A stretch of DNA of 64,000 nucleotides, taken from Acetobacteraceae bacterium. Lineage in GTDB: Bacteria; Pseudomonadota; Alphaproteobacteria; Acetobacterales; Acetobacteraceae. Each line of letters starts with the position of its first letter. Position 1 is the stretch's first letter. The stretch spans positions 3,020,391 to 3,084,390 of the forward strand of contig OZ255629.1 of the NCBI GenBank assembly GCA_965276785.1, given 5' to 3'. Shown here one piece after another: positions 59,445 to 64,000 of the stretch. The position numbers and the translations under genes were made by a program. The notes below the pieces were generated by a model that saw nothing but the letters and a program-made list of their open reading frames with translations, ran no database searches and was not told the DNA's origin.

Positions 59445-60017
59445 ATGCCAATGGATACTGTGCTTCCCTTCCGAGCGATGGCCTACAACAATGCCTGGGC
59501 GAACCACCGCCTGCTCACCGTCTGCGCTACGTTGTCACAGGAGGAGTTCATCGCCCGGCGGCCAGGCTTTTTCCCAAGCCTACGCGCGACACTCAACCAC
59601 ATCCTGGTCGTCGACCGATTCGTCGTGGACGCGATGGAGGGAGGCACGCTCGGGCTGGCCGCCTGGGCCGACCGCGAGCCGTGCCAAACCGTCGCAGCCC
59701 TCAGTCAAGCGCAAGCCGACATAGACCGGCGACTGCTCGCTGTCGTCAGCAGCCTGGATGAGACGACGATCCCTCGAACCGTCGCGCTGCACCGCGCGAC
59801 CCGCGTGCAACATGAGCGGATGGACCGACTGTTGCTGCACCTGTTCCAGCATCAAATCCACCATCGTGGTCAAGCTCATGCAATGCTCAGCGACACCTCG
59901 GTGCGGCCGCCTCAGCTCGACGAGTTCTTCTCGATTGGCGAAGCCGGGTTGCGGACGGAGGAGTTCAACTCGCTCGGTTGGACGGAGGAGATGGTTTGGG
60001 GCGCTCACCAAGCGTAG
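59445..60017 (+). CDS. DinB-family (DinB/YfiT-like four-helix bundle) protein
   Basis: YNNWANHRLL...LNHILVVDR...LFQHQIHHRGQAHAML shows the His triad pattern. Confidence 0.85.
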   Translation: MPMDTVLPFRAMAYNNAWANHRLLTVCATLSQEEFIARRPGFFPSLRATLNHILVVDRFVVDAMEGGTLGLAAWADREPCQTVAALSQAQADIDRRLLAVVSSLDETTIPRTVALHRATRVQHERMDRLLLHLFQHQIHHRGQAHAMLSDTSVRPPQLDEFFSIGEAGLRTEEFNSLGWTEEMVWGAHQA

Positions 60018-60113
60018 CTCGAAAGGCACTTGGGCGATGCGGGCAATGCAACTCAGTCCATCCGCTATGGCTCGGCATCTGGACAGTTTAGGATGGCCCA
60101 TTGAGGTCATGGC

Positions 60114-61202
60114 CTAGTCCAGCCGCCCGGCCCGCTGGCGCAGCCGCAGCAACGGGCGTGCCAGGCCTGCGCGCGCCGTGAGCCGGTCGACATAAGCCCA
60201 CCAGGCGAATTGCGGCGGCAGCACCGCCAGCAGCCAAAGCGGCTTCCACACGGGCGCTGCCAGCAGGAACAGCACGCAGCAAACCCCACCCCACGCCGCA
60301 AACCCCCAATGGACGAGCGTGACCGCTATCGCCGGCAGGCCGCTGCGATGGGCCAACTGATACAGGTGGCTGCGATGCGCCTGGGCCAGCCGCTCCCCGG
60401 CGAGGGCCCGGCGCACCAGCGTCAGCGCCACATCGAACAACAGCCCGGCCAGCAACATCGGCACCAGGGCCACCGAGAGCGCCACAGCTTCGAACCGCCC
60501 GGCGGTGATCGCCAGCACAGCGAGCAGGAAGCCGCAGAACTGACTGCCAACGTCGCCCATGAAGATGCGGGCGTGGGGGAAGTTGAACGGCATGAAGCCC
60601 AGAATGCCGGCCAATAGGATCAGCGCGGCGAAATACACGAACGATGCGCCGAGCCAGGCGCCGAACGCGGCCAGGGCGACGCAGGCGATGGCGGACACGC
60701 CGGAGGCCAGGCCGTTCAGCCCATCCATGAAGTTCACCGCGTTGGTGGCGGCGACGATCCAGGCCACGGTGACCACCGGGCCGAACCAGCCGAGCGGGAC
60801 GACGCCAAGACCGGGCAAGCTCACGGAAGGCAGGCTCAACCCGCCCAGCACCGCCAGCAGAGCCGCAGCGACCTGCGCCAACAGCTTCACCGAGGCGGGC
60901 CAGTAGAGCAGGTCGTCCAGGAAGGCGACGACCGCGATCCCGGCGGCCGCGAGGATCACCGCGCGGAAATACGGGTCGGCAATGCGGCTGAACTCGGCAT
61001 AGCGATACAGCACGGCAACGCCCACCAGGAACGCGAGCACGATGCCCACGCCGCCGCCTTTGGGGGTCGGCCGGCTGTGGCTGCTGCGCGCGCCCGGCGT
61101 GTCGATGGCGCCCACACGCGTCATCCCCCACACCGCCGCGGCAGAAAGCAGCGCCAGGCAGGTAACGAAGGCGAGGTGGGTGGCGACGGCGTAGACGGTC
61201 AA
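60114..61202 (-). CDS. Glycosyltransferase family 4 (WecA/WbpL/MraY-like polyprenyl-phosphate sugar-phosphate transferase)
   Basis: DTPGARSSHSRPTPKGGG...NAVNFMDGLNGLA...multiple TM helices. The proposed start is the TTG at 61202, preceded by GGAG. The upstream part of track ORF 60114..61679 is junk. Confidence 0.82.
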   Translation of the reverse strand: MTVYAVATHLAFVTCLALLSAAAVWGMTRVGAIDTPGARSSHSRPTPKGGGVGIVLAFLVGVAVLYRYAEFSRIADPYFRAVILAAAGIAVVAFLDDLLYWPASVKLLAQVAAALLAVLGGLSLPSVSLPGLGVVPLGWFGPVVTVAWIVAATNAVNFMDGLNGLASGVSAIACVALAAFGAWLGASFVYFAALILLAGILGFMPFNFPHARIFMGDVGSQFCGFLLAVLAITAGRFEAVALSVALVPMLLAGLLFDVALTLVRRALAGERLAQAHRSHLYQLAHRSGLPAIAVTLVHWGFAAWGGVCCVLFLLAAPVWKPLWLLAVLPPQFAWWAYVDRLTARAGLARPLLRLRQRAGRLD

Positions 61203-61262
61203 CAGGAAGCTCCGGGAAGGGGGACTGACCCGCTGGGCCGCGTGCGCTATAGGGGGGGCGGC

Positions 61263-63155
61263 ATGGCCTCGCAACGCTCCGTCAACCGCATCCTGATGAA
61301 CGTGGCGCTCGATGGCGGGTTGGCGGCGGTCGCCTCCGTGCTGGCGCGCTGGGTGGCGGACCCGCATGGCGGCTTCCTGCATCCGCTTTGGTTTGTTGCC
61401 GGCGGGGTGATCACGCTGCTGCTGGGCGGGCTGCCGTTCCGGCTGTCGCAGCAATATTGGCGGTTCTCCGGCATGGAGGACCTGGTCGGCGTGGCCGGCG
61501 GCAGCGTGCTGTGCGCCGCCCTGTTTGCTCTGTTGTGGACGGTGACCGGCTACCCGCTCCCCACCCCCACCTTCCCAGTGGTGCATGCGCTGACCCTGCT
61601 GGCCTTCCTCGGCGCGCCCCGCGTGCTCTACCGGCTGTCCAAGGCCCGGCCGCGTGCTGCCTGCGGCCCGGCGATCCAAACCGTGCTACTGGTCGGCGCA
61701 GGCGACGGCGCCGACAGCTTCCTGCGCGCGCTGAGCGGAGACCGGCGCTTGCGCGTAGCCGGCCTGCTCTCCCTGGGGCGGCACCAGACCGGGCGCCGCA
61801 TGCAGGGCCACCCAATCTTGGGCGGCGTGTCGGACCTGCGGCGGGTGTTGGCCCGGCTGTCCGCCCGCGACCGCCTGCCGGACGCGCTGGTGGTGACCGA
61901 GCCGCGACTCGCCGGGTCCCGCTTGGCCTACCTGTTGGAGGAGGCGCAGCGGCAGGGCATCCCCGTGCGCCAGGCGCCGCACCCGACCGAGTTGCGCGAA
62001 GCAGGCGAGATCGAGCTTAAGCCGGTCGCGCTGGAGGACCTGCTCAACCGCCCGCAGGTGCGGCTGGACCGGGAGGCGATGGCCCGCCTGGTCAGCGGCC
62101 GCCGCGTGCTGGTGACGGGCGCGGGCGGCACAATCGGTTCGGAGCTGGCGCGGCAAATCGCAGCCCTCGGCCCGGCCGAGCTCACCCTGCTGGACAACGG
62201 CGAATACGCATTGTGGCAGATCGACCTCGAATTGGCCGAGCTGTTGCCGGGCGTGCGGCGCAACGCAGTCATCGCCGACGTGCGGGATGAGCCGCGCATC
62301 CGCGCCGCGTTCGAGGCGGCCCAGCCCGAACTGGTGTTTCATGCTGCCGCGCTGAAACACGTGCCGATGGTCGAAGCCAATCCACTGGAAGGATTGCTGA
62401 CCAATGCCTGCGGCACCCGCGTGGTGGTGGATGCCGCGGCAGCGGCTGGAGCGGCGGCTACAGTGCTGATCTCCACCGACAAAGCGGTTAACCCGAGCAG
62501 CCTGATGGGGGCCAGCAAGCGGCTTGCCGAGATGTATTGCCAGGCGCTGGACGACCGGGCGCGGGAGACGGGCGGAATGCGCTGCGTCACCGTCCGCTTC
62601 GGCAACGTGCTGGGTTCGACCGGCAGCGTGGTGCCGCTGTTCCGCCGCCAGCTTGCCCGCGGCGGCCCGCTGACCGTGACCCACCCCGACATGCAGCGCT
62701 ACTTCATGACCGTGCGCGAGGCGGTGGCGCTGGTGCTGCAGGCGACGGTGGTGGGGTTGGAAGAGAACGCAGTCTCGGAAGGGGGCATCTTCGTGCTGGA
62801 CATGGGCAAGCCGGTGAAGATCGTGGAGCTGGCGCGGCAGATGATCCGCCTTGCCGGGCTGCGCCCCGATGTGGATGTGAGGGTGGAGTTCACCGGGCTC
62901 AGGCCCGGCGAGAAGCTGTTTGAGGAGTTGTTTCACGGCCAGGAACCCCCTGTCCCGACCGGGCATCCCGGCCTGCTGATGGCCACGCCGCGCACGGCCG
63001 AACTGAGCGCGGTGCGCCGGGCCACAGCCGAGATCGCTCAGGCGTGCCGCAGCGGCGATGCCGACACTGCCCGCACCCTGTTGCGCCGGATGGTGCCGGA
63101 GTTCGACCCGATTACCGGCGGCGAGCCCGCTTTGCCTGCGAGGAGCCCAGTTTGA
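61263..63155 (+). CDS. Polysaccharide biosynthesis protein, CapD/PglF/WbpM-like membrane-anchored NDP-sugar 4,6-dehydratase
   Basis: ATG at 61263. N-terminal TM helices, then VLVTGAGGTIGSEL (Rossmann), ...HAAALKHVP..., ...STDKAVNP...GASKRLAE... Confidence 0.9.
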   Translation: MASQRSVNRILMNVALDGGLAAVASVLARWVADPHGGFLHPLWFVAGGVITLLLGGLPFRLSQQYWRFSGMEDLVGVAGGSVLCAALFALLWTVTGYPLPTPTFPVVHALTLLAFLGAPRVLYRLSKARPRAACGPAIQTVLLVGAGDGADSFLRALSGDRRLRVAGLLSLGRHQTGRRMQGHPILGGVSDLRRVLARLSARDRLPDALVVTEPRLAGSRLAYLLEEAQRQGIPVRQAPHPTELREAGEIELKPVALEDLLNRPQVRLDREAMARLVSGRRVLVTGAGGTIGSELARQIAALGPAELTLLDNGEYALWQIDLELAELLPGVRRNAVIADVRDEPRIRAAFEAAQPELVFHAAALKHVPMVEANPLEGLLTNACGTRVVVDAAAAAGAAATVLISTDKAVNPSSLMGASKRLAEMYCQALDDRARETGGMRCVTVRFGNVLGSTGSVVPLFRRQLARGGPLTVTHPDMQRYFMTVREAVALVLQATVVGLEENAVSEGGIFVLDMGKPVKIVELARQMIRLAGLRPDVDVRVEFTGLRPGEKLFEELFHGQEPPVPTGHPGLLMATPRTAELSAVRRATAEIAQACRSGDADTARTLLRRMVPEFDPITGGEPALPARSPV

Positions 63156-64000
63156 TCCCCTTTCTCGACCTGAAGGCCCAGCAAGCCCGAATCGCTCCCG
63201 AGCTGCGCCGGCGGCTGGAGGCGGTGCTGGCACACTGCCAATTCATTCTGGGCCCGGAAGTGCCGGAGCTGGAGAATCATTTGGCCGATTATTGCGGTGC
63301 GGCGCACTGCGTTGCGGTCAGCTCCGGCACGGACGCATTGCAAATCGCGATGATGGCCGAGGGCGTCGGCCCCGGCGATGCGGTGTTCCTGCCCGCCTTC
63401 ACCTACACCGCCACCGCCGAGGTGCCGCTGGTGTTGGGCGCCACCCCCGTGTTTGTCGACGTGGACCCGGCGACGTTCCAGATCGACCCGGCGCATCTGG
63501 CGGAGCGGGTCCGCGGCGTGCGAGCGGACGGGCGGCTGCGGCCGCGCGCGCTGATCGGGGTGGATCTGTTCGGCCAGCCTGCGCCGTGGCCAGAGTTGCG
63601 GGCCGTGGCGGCGGCAGAAGGCCTGTTTACCCTGGATGATTGCGCGCAAAGCTTCGGCGCCAGCCTGCACGGCCGCAAGCTGGGCCGCGAGGCGGACGCG
63701 ACGGCGGTGAGCTTCTTCCCATCCAAGCCTTTGGGCGGGTATGGCGATGGCGGCGCGTTGCTGACCGATTCGGCCGAGCGGGCGGCGCTATACCGCTCGT
63801 TGCGCAGCCATGGCGAGGGCACCACCCGCTACGAGGTGTTGCGCACGGGGATGAACGGCCGGTTGGATACGCTGCAGGCCGCCGTGTTGCTGGCCAAGCT
63901 GGACGTGTTCGAGGCGGAGCTGGCCGCGCGGGAGCAGGTGGCACAGGTTTATGACCGCGGGCTCGGCAATGTGCTGCAGGTGCCGGCGCGGGTGCCGGAC
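63152..64000 (+). CDS. DegT/DnrJ/EryC1/StrS-family aminotransferase, 3'-truncated by the window edge
   Basis: It is not in the ORF track because there is no stop within the window. My own translation from TTG 63152 (which overlaps the capD-like stop) is LIPFLDLKAQQARIAPELRRRLEAVLAHCQFILGPEVPELENHLADYCGAAHCVAVSSGTDALQIA...FFPSKPLGGYGDGG. Confidence 0.88.
   Translation, partial: MIPFLDLKAQQARIAPELRRRLEAVLAHCQFILGPEVPELENHLADYCGAAHCVAVSSGTDALQIAMMAEGVGPGDAVFLPAFTYTATAEVPLVLGATPVFVDVDPATFQIDPAHLAERVRGVRADGRLRPRALIGVDLFGQPAPWPELRAVAAAEGLFTLDDCAQSFGASLHGRKLGREADATAVSFFPSKPLGGYGDGGALLTDSAERAALYRSLRSHGEGTTRYEVLRTGMNGRLDTLQAAVLLAKLDVFEAELAAREQVAQVYDRGLGNVLQVPARVPD

Overview
GC-rich chromosome segment, probably alphaproteobacterial given ctrA next to fliI-fliJ and the rplU-rpmA-obg-proB block. 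Nt 1-45,834 look like an integrase-bounded genomic or defence island. Nt ~45,900-64,000 are ordinary core genes: two exported proteins, rplU, rpmA, obg, proB, FMN reductase, an MFS transporter, cobB, a 3-hydroxyacyl-CoA dehydrogenase, a HAD hydrolase, degP/htrA, ctrA, fliI, fliJ, a DinB-family gene and a sugar-modification cluster. The right end of the island is a 3' fragment of tRNA-Arg(ACG) without a 5' half, which I read as an att remnant, next to a P4-type integrase. The left end lies beyond the window because hsdR is cut by the edge. Island content from left to right is as follows. (1) A complete type I R-M locus (hsdR-hsdM-hsdS). (2) Directly downstream, a tightly packed uncharacterised operon at 6,221-14,787. 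It encodes a 541-aa protein with a C-terminal PLD-like HDR motif, a possible 48-codon ORF, a 578-aa helical protein, and a ~1,700-aa protein with an Mrr/Cap4-like PD-(D/E)xK N-terminus, a NACHT-like P-loop and a long helical tail. This is my best candidate for an undescribed defence system. (3) A minus-strand block of exported proteins and a lipoprotein. (4) An HNH gene overlapping a 198-aa gene with a RAMP-like glycine loop, then an XRE regulator and a DUF4209-like protein. (5) A TetR/GFA/methyltransferase cassette and several orphan genes. (6) A ~2,000-aa protein combining transglutaminase-like, DUF4011-like, SF1 helicase, Vsr-like nuclease and DUF3320-like regions, with a divergent 242-aa partner. 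(7) An SRAP peptidase. (8) An AT-richer non-coding stretch with at least six exact copies of CYGGTTCA. (9) An integration/replication module: a frameshifted Prim-Pol/P-loop replicase, a large tyrosine recombinase, an AlpA-like gene, a hypothetical gene and the integrase. No CRISPR array, rRNA or intact tRNA was found. Domain calls come from motifs read by eye in the supplied translations and no database search was run. Many long ORFs in the track are antisense or off-frame artefacts of high GC.
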